From contig NC_043012.1 of assembly GCF_006345805.1 (NCBI RefSeq), positions 38,192,001 to 38,256,000 on the forward strand: 64,000 nucleotides of DNA, given 5' to 3'. Under the pieces are notes generated by a model. It searched no databases. It saw nothing but the letters and a program-made list of their open reading frames with translations, and had not been told where the DNA came from. The position numbers and the translations under genes were made by a program. Origin of the DNA: Octopus sinensis. Lineage: Eukaryota. Numbering within the stretch: position 1 is the first letter of the stretch; each line of letters starts with the position of its first letter. This document shows, piece after piece, positions 51,878 through 64,000 of this stretch.

Positions 51878-54800
51878 TAGTTTTATTTTTATAGCGTGCT
51901 TTCACTTCACTACCGAGCGCAGCTCTGTGTGCCTTGGGTATGTGCTGTGATTTGTTGTGATGCTCTGATGGTTATTGTATGGAAAGTGTTCTACGTAGGA
52001 TGTGTGCAGTGCCTAGTAGTGCAATTTTCTGTATGTTATATGTATTTGTAAGTCCTGGTGTTTTTGTTATGTATTTGTCTGAATATTTTTTTATCATGCC
52101 TAATGCACCTACTATGATAGGAATTGTTTCTGTTTTCAGGTTCCACATTCTAGTTACCTCTATTTCCAGGTCTTTGTATTTTGAGAGTTTCTCCATTTCT
52201 TTTAGAGACACGTTGTCATCTGCCGGTATTGATACATCAATTAGAAAGCATTTTTTTTCTTCATGATCTCTGACAACTATATCTGGTCTGTTGGCCTTAA
52301 TTTCTCTATCTGTGTGTATCGGCATATCCCAGAGTATGGTTGCTTTCTCGTTTTTGTGTGACCTTTTCTGGTGTGTGCCTATACCATCTTTTTTCTGTTG
52401 TTATTCCATAATGTTGGCATAGCTTCCAATGTATGTAGGTCCAACTCTGTCATGTCTGTGAATATATTCCTTCTTAGCCAGGACTGGGCAGCTAGAGATA
52501 ATATGATTTATTGTTTCTTGTCCATCTCCACATATTCTGCAGTTACTTGTAATATTTCTTTTCATTACATGTTTTTGGTAATTTCTGGTGGGGAGGCTTT
52601 GGTCTTGTGCTGCAATTAAAAATCCCTCTGTTTCTGCTTTGAGTCCTGAGCTTCTCAACCATTGCTCGGATTTTTCTTTGTCTATTTCTTTTGCGTTTAG
52701 TTTAGTGCAGTATTTACCATGAAGGGGTTTTCTTGCCATCGTTTTATCATGGCTCGTTGCTGTTCTATTTCTAGTTTGGATTTCATTTGTTTTATAGCTT
52801 TTGTTGTTTCTTCATCATCATCTTCTTCTTCTTTGTGTTTATTAGGTGGTATGATTTCTTGTTTGTATTTGTCAGCTTCCTTAAATACTGAGAACGTTTT
52901 TTGTTTTGCTCGTGTTTTGCTGCTATCTGGATCAGTTTTCCTTCCTTCTGAAGTAGGTATTTTTGCAGTCCTATGGTGGTTATTTTATAGTAGTTTTCCA
53001 GCTGTATAAGGCCTCTACCACCTTCTATACGTTGTATATATAGTCTTTCTATGTCAGATTTTGGTGATGCATCCTAGATCCTGTCAGTATTTTTCTTGTT
53101 TTCCTATCTATTTTGGACAGTTCATTTCGTGTCCAGTTAAGGATATTGTAGCTGTAACTTATAACTGGGACAGCTAAAGTGTTGATACCTATTATCTTGT
53201 TTTTAGCATTGAGCTCTGTTTTTAGTATTGATCTAACTCGTCTATAATATTCTTTTTTTTTTCTCTTTCATTTGTGTGTGTTGTGTCTTATCTAGTTCAT
53301 GGATTCCTAAGTATTGTAAGTTTGGCTTTGGTCTAATTCTTTTTTCATTCATTGGTTTTTTCTAGTGTGATGTTGTTACTCTGAATAGTTTTCCTCTTTT
53401 CATGGTTACTTTGGCGCATTTTTCTAATCCAAATTTCATATCTATTTCTTTGGTAAATCCATGAACTGTCTTTAATAGTGTTTCCAGCTGTTTGTCATTC
53501 GCAGCGTATAGTTTTAGGTCATCCATATATAAAAGGTGGCTGATCGTTTTGCCGTAACATTTATATCCGCATCCAGTTCTATTTAGCATATTAGATAGAG
53601 GTGACAGTGCCAAGCAGAAAAGGAGTGGAGAGAGCGTGTCTCCCTGGAATATACCTCTTCTAATGGGGATGTCTTTGGTTTTCATGAGTCCCTCTTTTGT
53701 TTGGAGGTGTAGGACTGTTTGCCATTTATTCATAGAGTGCTCTATGAATTTTATGATTGTTGGTGCTACTTTGTTAATGGCTAGTGTTTCGAGGATCCAT
53801 GTGTGGGGGATGCTATCAAACGCCTTTTTGTAGTCAATCCAGGCCATACTGTGGCCTTTCTTCTTTCCGTGGCTGTCTTCAGTTACGGCTTTATTAATCA
53901 TTAGTTGATCTTTACAGCCATATGAGCCTTTGCGGCATCCTTTCTGCTCTTCTGGGAACAGTTTGTTTTCGTCCAGGTGCTTGTTCAGCCTTTGCGATAT
54001 CACTGCAGTAATTGCCTTGAACATAGTAGGGAGGCAGGTTATTGGTCTGTAGTTCTCTGGTTTTGTTGTTTCATTTGATTTGGGAATTAAGATGGTTTTC
54101 CCTTCGTGAGCCATTCAGGCATTGTCTCTGGCTCTGCTAGTATGCTGTTAAAGTTTTCAGCCAGCTTTTTGTGCATTCCTGTTAGATAATTCAACCAGAA
54201 GTTGGGGATCTTGTCATGCCAGGTGCCTTCCAGTTGCTTAGTTTTTGCAGTGCCTGGTGACCTCTTCAGTTGTTATGGGGGTCCAAGGTTGTTCAGATGC
54301 CGAGTTTGTTATTTTCATACTCCTTTTTTTTGGCTGTTCGTTCGCCGACCATATTTCTTTCACAATTCTTCCAATTCTTCTGCCGTTGGTGCTGCAGTGA
54401 CTTCTATTTTTTTTTGCCCAGTTCTTGGTAGAACTTTTTGGGGTCGGAGTTTTTTGAACTTTTTGTTCTGTTCAAAGAAGCGTTGGCGTCTCGTACCGGC
54501 GGATCCTTTGAGCTTTGGCAAGATATCTTGCTTCAGCTTTTCTTCTATCTCCGGCAAATCTTTTTCTGTGATGTTATATTTGCGGAGCATTTTTGTTCTC
54601 TTTTTGTTGCTTGTTGCTGATTTCATTCATTAGAATCGACAGGTCTTTTCTATTTTTTAAATTTGTTTTGGATGTTATTTATCCACAGGGTTGTTTGGGT
54701 GGTGGTACTCCTGTTTGGGCGGGTTTGGGTGAGTATCCAGCTTCTTTTGTGGCTGCAGTGGCTGCTGCGTATATCAAGTCATTTAGTTCAGTGATATCAC

Positions 54801-55823
54801 TTTTTTTTTTGTTTCAGTGGCTAGTTCAGTGACGGCTAGGTTTATGTTGTTTATAATTGGTGTTGTTATTGCGTTTATTTTTATTCTTGGGAGGTATGGT
54901 CGGTGGTCCATTTTGAGCTCTGTGGTTTTTAGTTCTTTGATTATTTTATTTTTTTATATTATCATAATCATTAGGCTCCCCTTCGTTGTTTACATCGTGT
55001 TTGTTGGGAATGTTGCGTTTGTCTTCGTGTTTTACAGTTTCAGTGTTTATATTATGTGGGCATTGTTGTGTGGCTTCTATCTACATTTTCATTTTCTTGG
55101 TGTTTTTTCTTTTAAATGTTCTATTTCTATTTCTGATATTTTTTTGGCTTTGAGAATGTATCTTCGTACGTTAGCTAGTTTATTAGGGTTCATTGCTGTA
55201 TCCAAGTCTATATCTCTATTATTTTCCTTCCATATTTTATATGTATGTGTTGTTGTATTTCATTTTGTTGTGGGTAGAGCATTGCTGTGAAGTATGCGTG
55301 TAAGATAGAAATGTATTCCTCACGTGTCCATTTATGTCTTTTGGTTTTAATTGCGGGACATGAGGTACAACGTCCGGCCCATTATTTTGACGGTCGTCAT
55401 TTTCGTAGGGTACCGGTCCGTTTATTTCTGTTGTCACATTATTTCGCACGTGTAGTTATTCGTACATTTTTTGTTGTAGGTTTAATGTACGTACCGCTCG
55501 ATTGTTATTCTTGGGTTGAATAGTATCGGTGGCATTTAATTTCTTCGTAGTTCCTTTGTACATGGTGTTTGATGTCGGGGATGATCGTGTTGTTCCACGC
55601 ATGTTTACATGTGTTGTGTTAGAGGTGGAGATGATATCGAGTCAAAATACATCATTTCGTTTCGAAAATAGTAATAAATTTCAATTCCTATTACTTACTC
55701 GGATATAGTCCAATTCTTTGTTAGTAAATCTTTGGCTCCATAGGGTGTCCTTGTTTTCGATGTTTGTGGATAGATTTCGGAGCTCTGTATTTTCCTTCTT
55801 ACATCTTAAACGTCCCCGGTGTC
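51875..55823 (-). mobile_element. R4/Dong-like non-LTR retrotransposon (RLE type), probably near full length, frameshifted
   Basis: RT motifs NYRPITCL, WIDYKKAFDSIPH, GIFQGDTLSPLLF, LYMDDLKL, FGLEKC; CCHC CRICGDGQETINHIISSC; RLE NRPDIVV..LIDVSIP; both ends abut (TTA)n. Confidence 0.9.
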
Positions 55824-55873
<50 letters not shown>

Positions 55874-57103
55874 AATATTTTATTATTATTATTCTTACTT
55901 TAACTGCTTTTCGATACTTGTTGACCTTCCTCGATATGACGAGGGCTGGTGGTTTCTTTTCTATTATCATTCTTATATTTTAGTTATTTTGTACCAATTT
56001 CCCTTAATTCTTTATTCAATTTTCTCGTAAATATCTTACAATATATTTCTATTTGCAAATGATGCCTCTTCCTACGTGTATCTGATAAGCATAGTATTTT
56101 CTATAATATATTCCTTTTGTTTCCATCGACCACCGCCAATTAAAAAAAAGAACAGTAGAAAATATTACAACTGTAACTTATTACTGGAACATCTTATGTG
56201 TTGATAACGATTACCCTGTTGTTAACATTGAGTTCAAGATGAATAATTAATAGGATGTATCTATAACATTTTGTCTTAACGTTTCTGTTATGAGTTATCG
56301 ACTTTATTCATTCGTATATATATTATCTGTCTTTACCTTCTCTCTCTTTCTTTTTTCATCTTTCTCCCTCTCCCCCTCTCTCTCTTTGCTGTAATTCTCA
56401 ACTCCCTATTTCGTTATCTAACATTGATGTTTTGTGTATTTTTCTCTTTTCAACATTTCTTTCCTGTACTTTTATAAACTGAATTACAAACCAATTTCTC
56501 AACTACTGCATATTTTACACGATTAAAACTATAATTAACAAGGGGAAATAACTCAGTTAGATCAATGAGGTGAATTCGGATAACTAAATTAATGGATAAT
56601 AATGAGGTAGGCAAAAGAATTCCTTGTTGATTGAGATTTCTTCACAATTGGGGAAGAACACCTTGTTAGTATCTCTCAGAGAAAGGACAAGATAATTTCA
56701 AGAAGGAATTAATTTTTCAACTTTAATCTCTTACGGAATTATATGTTGTTTGCCGTTAAGGGGGATAAATAGGGATATGTTTAAATCTTTTAGAACTCAT
56801 TAGTAACTGCTCTTCGTTATCTACAGTTGACTGTTTTTCTTTGGAAACGCTTATATTCACATCAAACTGGTTTTGAATATCATTTTAAGACAGCAGAATA
56901 GTTATAGCTGCTAATTCTTGCAGGTCAAATGAACGACAAGAGGCTCCTTAATTGGCTCAGTTTGCTATTTTACCCGTGCTTTTATTGGTTTGATGCCTTA
57001 AGAGGAAAAGAACGTTTCGTAAAGGAGGGTGGATGAGGTTGTCGGAGATTTGCAGAGGGAGAGACACATTGAGGATCACATGAGGTGAAAACAAAGGGTT
57101 AGT

Positions 57104-57165
57104 TCACATGTGCTCATGTAGGACACATGTGCTCATGTAGTACACATGTGCTCATGTAGTAGTAC
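57104..57165. repeat. 20-bp minisatellite x3
   Basis: cacatgtgctcatgtag(g/t)a repeated. Confidence 0.85.
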
Positions 57166-57475
57166 ACTGCTGTTGCTGTTACTGCTGGTGGTGGTGGTAC
57201 TGCTGTCGTTGCTGTTGTTATTGGAAATGCCGTCGTGTGCGGCGGCGGCGGCGGCGTTATTATCGTTAAGCCCTTATTCAGTGAGGATCAAGCAAACCGT
57301 TTATCAAAATCTCTCTTTTTTTCTATGGCCAGAGTATCTCGCACTTCTTTATGCAGTTGGGTCTCTTGGCTTCTTTTTCCCTCAGAAAACAGAGAATGTT
57401 GTAACGGAAATTTGGTTGCCGTTCCTACTATAACAACAACAACAACAACAACTACTACTACTACTACTACTACTA

Positions 57476-57519
<44 letters not shown>

Positions 57520-57573
57520 ATACTACTACTAATACTACTATTGCTGCTGCTACTACTCCTATTGCTGCTGCTG

Positions 57574-57608
<35 letters not shown>

Positions 57609-57675
57609 GCGGCTGCTGCTACCACTACTGCTACCACTACTGCTGCTACTACCATTGCTACTGCTGCTGCTGCTT

Positions 57676-57723
<48 letters not shown>

Positions 57724-60263
57724 ACAAGTTGAACAGCGCATAGGAAATTGGTTAGCGGTTCATTGTAAATTCATTATTTGTTAGTGATGTTGTTGTTGCT
57801 GTTGTAGGTGTTGTGTTAAATTTATGTAAAGAAATCATGTTTTCCTCGTCTTACTCAATTAAGCAAGAATTTAAAAGTTCTCAATTAAATTTAAGAATTT
57901 TATAAAAATAAATTTTATGAATTTAAAATTCCCTACAAACTCTCGCTTTCTCTTTCTTCCGTTAATCGTTCACATTAAAATTCCATTAACCGCTGTTGAT
58001 CTCCTTGTTTGCCAGCAAGAATGGTAGCTCCATTCATGGAGAATGTTTCTGCCATTTACAGTACTTTTTAATAAGGAGGTCACTGTATATTACTCGTCTG
58101 ATATATCTACTTATTTCAGGTTTGCCAAGAATCTGTGCCGTGGTGACTCGCCTTGCTAGAAGTAGCATTCAAGTCACCCTCAAACTACAACTTGTGTGAT
58201 TAAAAGGACTTATTGATTATTTGCAATCCTGAATGGAAACATTATGAGAAAATAAGAAGAGATGGTTGCAGTTCGAACGCTATTTTCACCAATATTTTTT
58301 GTTTGATTAACGTTAACCAAGTGTTTAAGTACGAACTATAACCACGAACAACAACAACAACAACAACAACGAGATTGGTCGAGTCCGTAGACCTATTCTA
58401 TGTTCTAAGAAGAGTGGGAAGCCGGATGTGATGTAATTATTTGATCCCCCATTTTGACTGGATGATTTCAAGTGAAGTCCCCCTTTATGTTCCGTTCATT
58501 CATTTCTTCGTAGTTACACTCGCCGCTCGTTCTTGTTCTTGGTCATCTAAAGTCAGAAAGGAATCTTCTAACTTTCGTCTTAATTTTCTAAATTTAGTCA
58601 AAGACATTAGCCGTCCATTTATTATCGGTTTGTGAATCTTGATGAAGGCGTTGTGTCCGTGGTCTTAACAGCTTCTCAGAAGTCCGTCACATTAATGTTC
58701 CACCTGGACAGCAGCGAGGTGAAAACGATAGGAAAACATGGAATGATAGTGATTTCATTGATTCTGGAGACGGTGGCATGGGTGGGTTGTTAGTTGGGGG
58801 TGGTGGTGGTGGAGCAAGATAGACACGCTATTGGTTGTGTATTTTTCCGCATAGAAGTTCGACGTAATACATAAGGTAAAAATGTAGTGTAAACCCTCAA
58901 ACATTGTCATTTCCTTCCCAAATCCTGCAGAATTTCACGTAGAATTTTTGCCCTCCAAAGTCGTCACGGTGTTTAAGTCTACCTTTCTTTTTTTAGCGGT
59001 AAATTTTGGTCTGAAATATTTTACTTCTTTGCCGGAAAATATACTCTTTTTTACTCTTTTTATTCTTTTAGTTGTTTCAGTCATTTGAGTGACGCCATGC
59101 TGGAGCACCGCCTTTAGTCGAGCGAATCAACCCCAGGAGTTATTCTTTGTATGCCTAGTACTTATTCTATAGGTCTCTTTTGCCGAACCACTAAGTTACG
59201 GGGGCGCAAACACACCAGCATCGGCTGTCAAGCGATGTGGGGGGGGGGGAGACAAACACAGACACACAAACATATACACATACATATATATATATATATA
59301 CAAATATACGACGGGATTCTTTCAGCTTCCGCCTACCAAATCCACTCACAAGGCTTTGGTCGGCCCGAGGCTATAGTAGAAGTCACTTGCCCAAGGTGCC
59401 ACGCAGTGGGACTGAACCCGGAAACATGTGGTTCGTAAGCAAGCTACTTACTACACAGCCGCTCCTGCGCCTATGGTAACAATAATAAATTTCATTAGAG
59501 ATATTTAAGTTCGCACCGAGGTATACTTTGTCTATTTTCATCCTTCCCGGGCTCGATAGAATTATGTACCAGTCATGTACTGGGGTGATTTAGACGGTTA
59601 ATTCTCTCCTCAAGATCATGCCCTTGTGCTTATCCGAGAAAGATTATTTAAAGTAATATTTTGACAATCATCGTCATCATGAGTATCATTATCATCATCA
59701 TCATCATCATCATCATCGCTATCATCATCAACATCATTGCCATCGTCTTCATCAACGTCGTCTTCGTCGTCATCATCATCATCATCATCATCATCATTAT
59801 TGTCATCATCATTATCGTCATCGCTGTCATTGTTGCTATTGTCACATGACTTTTGTCATCGGCCTGCGATCGATAAAAAAAAATACCACATATACATTGC
59901 GGTCAATTTAATGCACCCCCTCTTGAGTGGATTAGATTGAACTTCGTGGTCACGTGTTTCTCAATATTGCTGTCATTATCAGCTTTCCTTATAATTATTA
60001 TCATTAAAGTTAAAATAAAATTCATCATTATCATCATCATCATCAACATCATCATCATCATCATTGTCGTCGTCATTGTCGTCGTCGTCAAGGTCATCAT
60101 TATTGCCTTAAGCATTATGGCTATAATAAATATCGTTATCATAATCATTACAATCTTGATCACCATTATAATCATCGTTATCATCGTACCCATCATCATC
60201 GTCGTCGTCGTCGTCGTCATCATCATCATTGTCGTCATCATCATCACCTTCATTCATATGGTA

Positions 60264-60350
<87 letters not shown>

Positions 60351-61112
60351 TAATATTATTATTAATTTTTATTATCTGAAGCTACCCCCCCTCCAAAGAC
60401 TTCTAATGGAATTTTAATGCAAATGTCGAACGGAAGTAAAGGAAAGCAAGGATTTGTTTCAGAATTTAGATTCATAAAACAGTTTGAGAACTTTTGAATC
60501 GCTGCTTAATGGAGCTCGACGAGACTAACATAACTTCTTTGCATAAATTAAATATAGAGCAGTAGTAGTAGTAGTAGTAGTAGTAGTAGCAGCAACAACC
60601 AAAACAACAACAACATTTTATGTTACTAACAAAGGGACCTCTTCACGGTAGTTTGATTTTCTAGAAATAGCAGTCGAATTTATAAGACGGTCTGCTGCCT
60701 TATAAATATGTAAGATATATTGGTTGCAGTCTCATAATTTATATTATGTCTGAATAAGAATTGGAGTGGTCACGGATGGAAAGTCTTTGGTAAGTGTATC
60801 GCATCAGCGATAACGTTGAGTTATGTATCAAACAATACCAAGAGAAGTGTCGAAATTTTCACTGAAATATGGCTGATAGGTGATACAGTTCAATAGCTTG
60901 TTACAGTATATCACTACACACCATCCCCGTTTCTAAGCACCTCACCGAACGTGACCCCCTTTACGCAGCGTAAAGAGGGGCAAAATGCCACGAAGCATTT
61001 TGCCCGGCGTTCTAACGATTCAGCCAGCTCGCCGCGTTTATAACAACAAAAACAACAACAATAATAATAATAATGATAATAATAATAAGGATAATAATAA
61101 TGCTACGGCTGC

Positions 61113-61157
<45 letters not shown>

Positions 61158-61177
61158 TATTATTATTATTATTATTA

Positions 61178-61230
<53 letters not shown>

Positions 61231-61785
61231 GAGTGAGAGAGCAGTGCATGCCATCAAAGTGACACTGGGGTAAAATATACGAAGCCCAGTATGCCCATCA
61301 TGACTACCCGTCTGATAAGGTTACACTAGGCACATGCATCACAACCATATGTGCTCGACATGGTGATCTCATATCAAGATAAACAGCACATGACTTTGCA
61401 GGTGGGGCCCAGTTAGAGTTTTCTTCTGGTCGAGTAGCCCATCCCACTCGAAAGGTCCCTGAATAATGGTAGTTTAAGGATGTTAAACGAAAAACCCCTG
61501 TTTTCAAAGGTGAATTATTCAAACCCCAAAGAATTCCTCTCAACACATGGCTATGATGCTCCCCAACTACTTCTGCTCGTGATCAGAGATGCACATATCG
61601 TCAGCCACTAAATGACATGGTCAAGTTGTTAAAGTCAAACATCTGACAAGCAAATCTGTGGTATTGAGCAGAATATTTGCTGTAGCCCATCTTTTATACC
61701 AAGACAAAACAATGTACATGATAACACTTCCAATCAGTTAAGATCAAAAGCCATGTGAAACCACTGTCTGGTACTGCATCAGGGC
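61231..61785 (-). mobile_element. Non-coding ~555-bp TAA-anchored retroelement (other copies 1649-1885 plus, 3244-3647 minus, fragment 2600-2765)
   Basis: Three copies share the terminus ...ACTGCTCTCTC(A/G)CTC next to a TAA-type repeat; the other end varies in length. Confidence 0.7.
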
Positions 61786-61842
<57 letters not shown>

Positions 61843-61849
61843 GATCATT

Positions 61850-61944
<95 letters not shown>

Positions 61945-63303
61945 GCTTTCTCCTTTCTTCAAATTTTCTTCCGTTCCTCGCCGAGTGTTTTCCATACACC
62001 TAGGGCAGAGAAGCTCATTGTATGCATTCCCAGATTACACACGCAAATTCACAGGTAAAATATGTATTTAAAAATTAATAAATAAATAAATTCATGGATG
62101 GATGTTATTTTTACAGCGATAGTGCTCTTTTCAGTACATGAGCCGTTCCAGTTAATACGATTTTTTGCACCTCCTGTAGGGATGGTAAGCTTGGAATCAT
62201 TTTCAAATAGGTTTCAGTACCTTTTTTTTTTATCATTCCTAGAGATCTTACAATCACTGGTACTGTAGTCGCCTTGAGATGCCACATTTTTTCAATTTCT
62301 ATTAGCAGGTCTTTATATTTACTAATCTTGTCAAATTCTTTCGCCGCTATATTGTGATCACAGGGAATACTCATGTTAATTAATAAACACATCTTTTTTG
62401 TCGGATCTTTTATAATAATATCCGGTTTATTAGCTTTTATAGTCCTGTCGGTCTGCACGGAGAAGTCCCATAGAATCGACACATTTTCTCCCTCCGTCAC
62501 AGCTTCAGGATGATGTTTATACCATTTGTCAGCGGTTTTGATTTTATAATGCCGACATATTGTCCAATGTAAATAATAGCCGACTCTGTCATGTCTTGCT
62601 TTATATTCTGCAGGTGCTAAGACTCTACACCCTGAGATTAGGTGGTCTATTGTTTCAATCTCATCGTTACAGAATCGGCATTTTGGGTCAGCTCCATTTT
62701 TTATCACATTGGCTTGGTAGTTCCGGTTAATAAGCTTTGGTCTTGAGCAGCTAATATGAAACCTTCACTCTCTGCTTTTAGCCCTGAACTTCGTAACCAT
62801 AGATGCGTGTGTTTCTGGTCGACATCAGCTTGTTTGCTACGGGCCACATACTTGCCATGGGAAGGTTTCTGTTCCCATCTGCTAGCTAAATTTTCATGTG
62901 CTTTTGTCTTTGCAATTAATTTTATTTTCTTTGCAGCTGCAGTTGGCGCATTTCCTTCAGCCTGCTCAATCTGGTGGGTATCTAAGAGATCAGCAGCGAT
63001 TTTGTTTGGTCTGTTTGAGAATAGAGTGAAGTTTTTTTTAGGTCTTTCATGTTTTTCAACAAGTTTTAACATCCAATCGTTGGTTGCTTCAAGGTATTTG
63101 GCCAGTCCGATTGTGGTGGTTTTCTATGTAAGTTCAATCTGGATCAAACCTCGACCTCCCTGAGCTCTGGGAAGGTAAAGGCGATCCACGTCTGCCTTTG
63201 GATGGTGCATCTTATTACAAGTCAGTAGCTTGCGGATTTTCCTGTCAATTTTCATTATTTCACTAGTATTCCAGTTAAGCACATTGAAGCTATAAAGAAC
63301 AAT
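61945..63303 (-). mobile_element. 5'-truncated R4/Dong-like element, second family
   Basis: LRSSGLKAESEGFILAAQDQSL, CRFCNDEIETIDHLISGC, KPDIIIKD..LINMSIP, then 3' UTR; both sides (TAA/TTA)n. Confidence 0.88.
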
Positions 63304-63326
63304 TATTATTATTGTTCTTTATAGCT

Positions 63327-63373
<47 letters not shown>

Positions 63374-63417
63374 TAATAATAATAATAATAATAAGTATAA
63401 TAATAATAATAATGATA

Positions 63418-63448
<31 letters not shown>

Positions 63449-63604
63449 GTATAATAATAATAATAATGATAATAATAATAATAGTAATAATAATAATAAT
63501 ATTAATAATGACAATAATGATAATGATAATAATATTAATAATAATAATATTAATAATAATAATATAATAATAATAATAATAGTTATAATAATAATAGTAA
63601 TATT

Positions 63605-63654
<50 letters not shown>

Positions 63655-63666
63655 TAATAATAATAA

Positions 63667-64000
63667 AAGAATTAGACCAAAGCCAAACTTACAAATACTT
63701 AGGAATCCATGAACTAGATAAGACACAACACACACAAATGAAAGAGAAAATAAAAAAAGAATATTATAGACGAGTTAGATCAACACTAAAGATAGAGCTC
63801 AATGCTAAAAACAAGATAATAGGTATCAACACTTTAGCTGTCCCAGTTATAAGTTACAGCTACAATATCCTTAACTGGACACGAAATGAACTGACCAAAA
63901 TAGATAGGAAAACAAGAAAAATAATGACAGGATCTAGGATGCATCACCCAAAATCTGACATAGAAAGACTATATATACAACGTATAGAAGGTGGTAGAGG
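63667..64000 (+). mobile_element. 5'-truncated copy of the first R4/Dong-like family, running off the window
   Basis: Near-identical to the reverse complement of about 53015-53345; begins right after (TAA)n. Confidence 0.85.

Noticed and set aside
2968-63567. Numerous 60-200 aa ORFs rich in YI/CV/HT/poly-I/L/N/S
   Set aside because: They are translations of microsatellites, not genes.

Overview
AT-rich, microsatellite-saturated animal genomic DNA with no recognisable intact host protein-coding gene. Almost all short ORFs in the track are translations of simple repeats. The SINE types and repeat landscape resemble an octopus/cephalopod genome (inference from recall, not a search). Recognisable content: a decayed but end-to-end Helitron (25188-32452, minus) plus a non-autonomous relative; two families of R4/Dong-like RLE non-LTR retrotransposons sitting in (TAA)n, plus a non-coding TAA-anchored element; an internally deleted mariner; Tc1/mariner, CR1-like, L1/Tx1-like and Gypsy remnants; and three tRNA-derived SINE families. 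The main discovery is a set of small non-coding elements carrying type I hammerhead ribozymes (HHRs). There are six HHR-bearing loci from about five unrelated families, four copies have fully canonical cores, and there is compensatory base-pair covariation between diverged copies. One is a retrozyme-like 467-nt hairpin-rich unit, and one has a tRNA-like Pol III head. Six of these elements or their relatives form inverted pairs with both 3' ends pointing outward. No Penelope-like (PLE) RT/GIY-YIG ORF is visible in the window. Folds were derived by eye; activity and novelty are untested.
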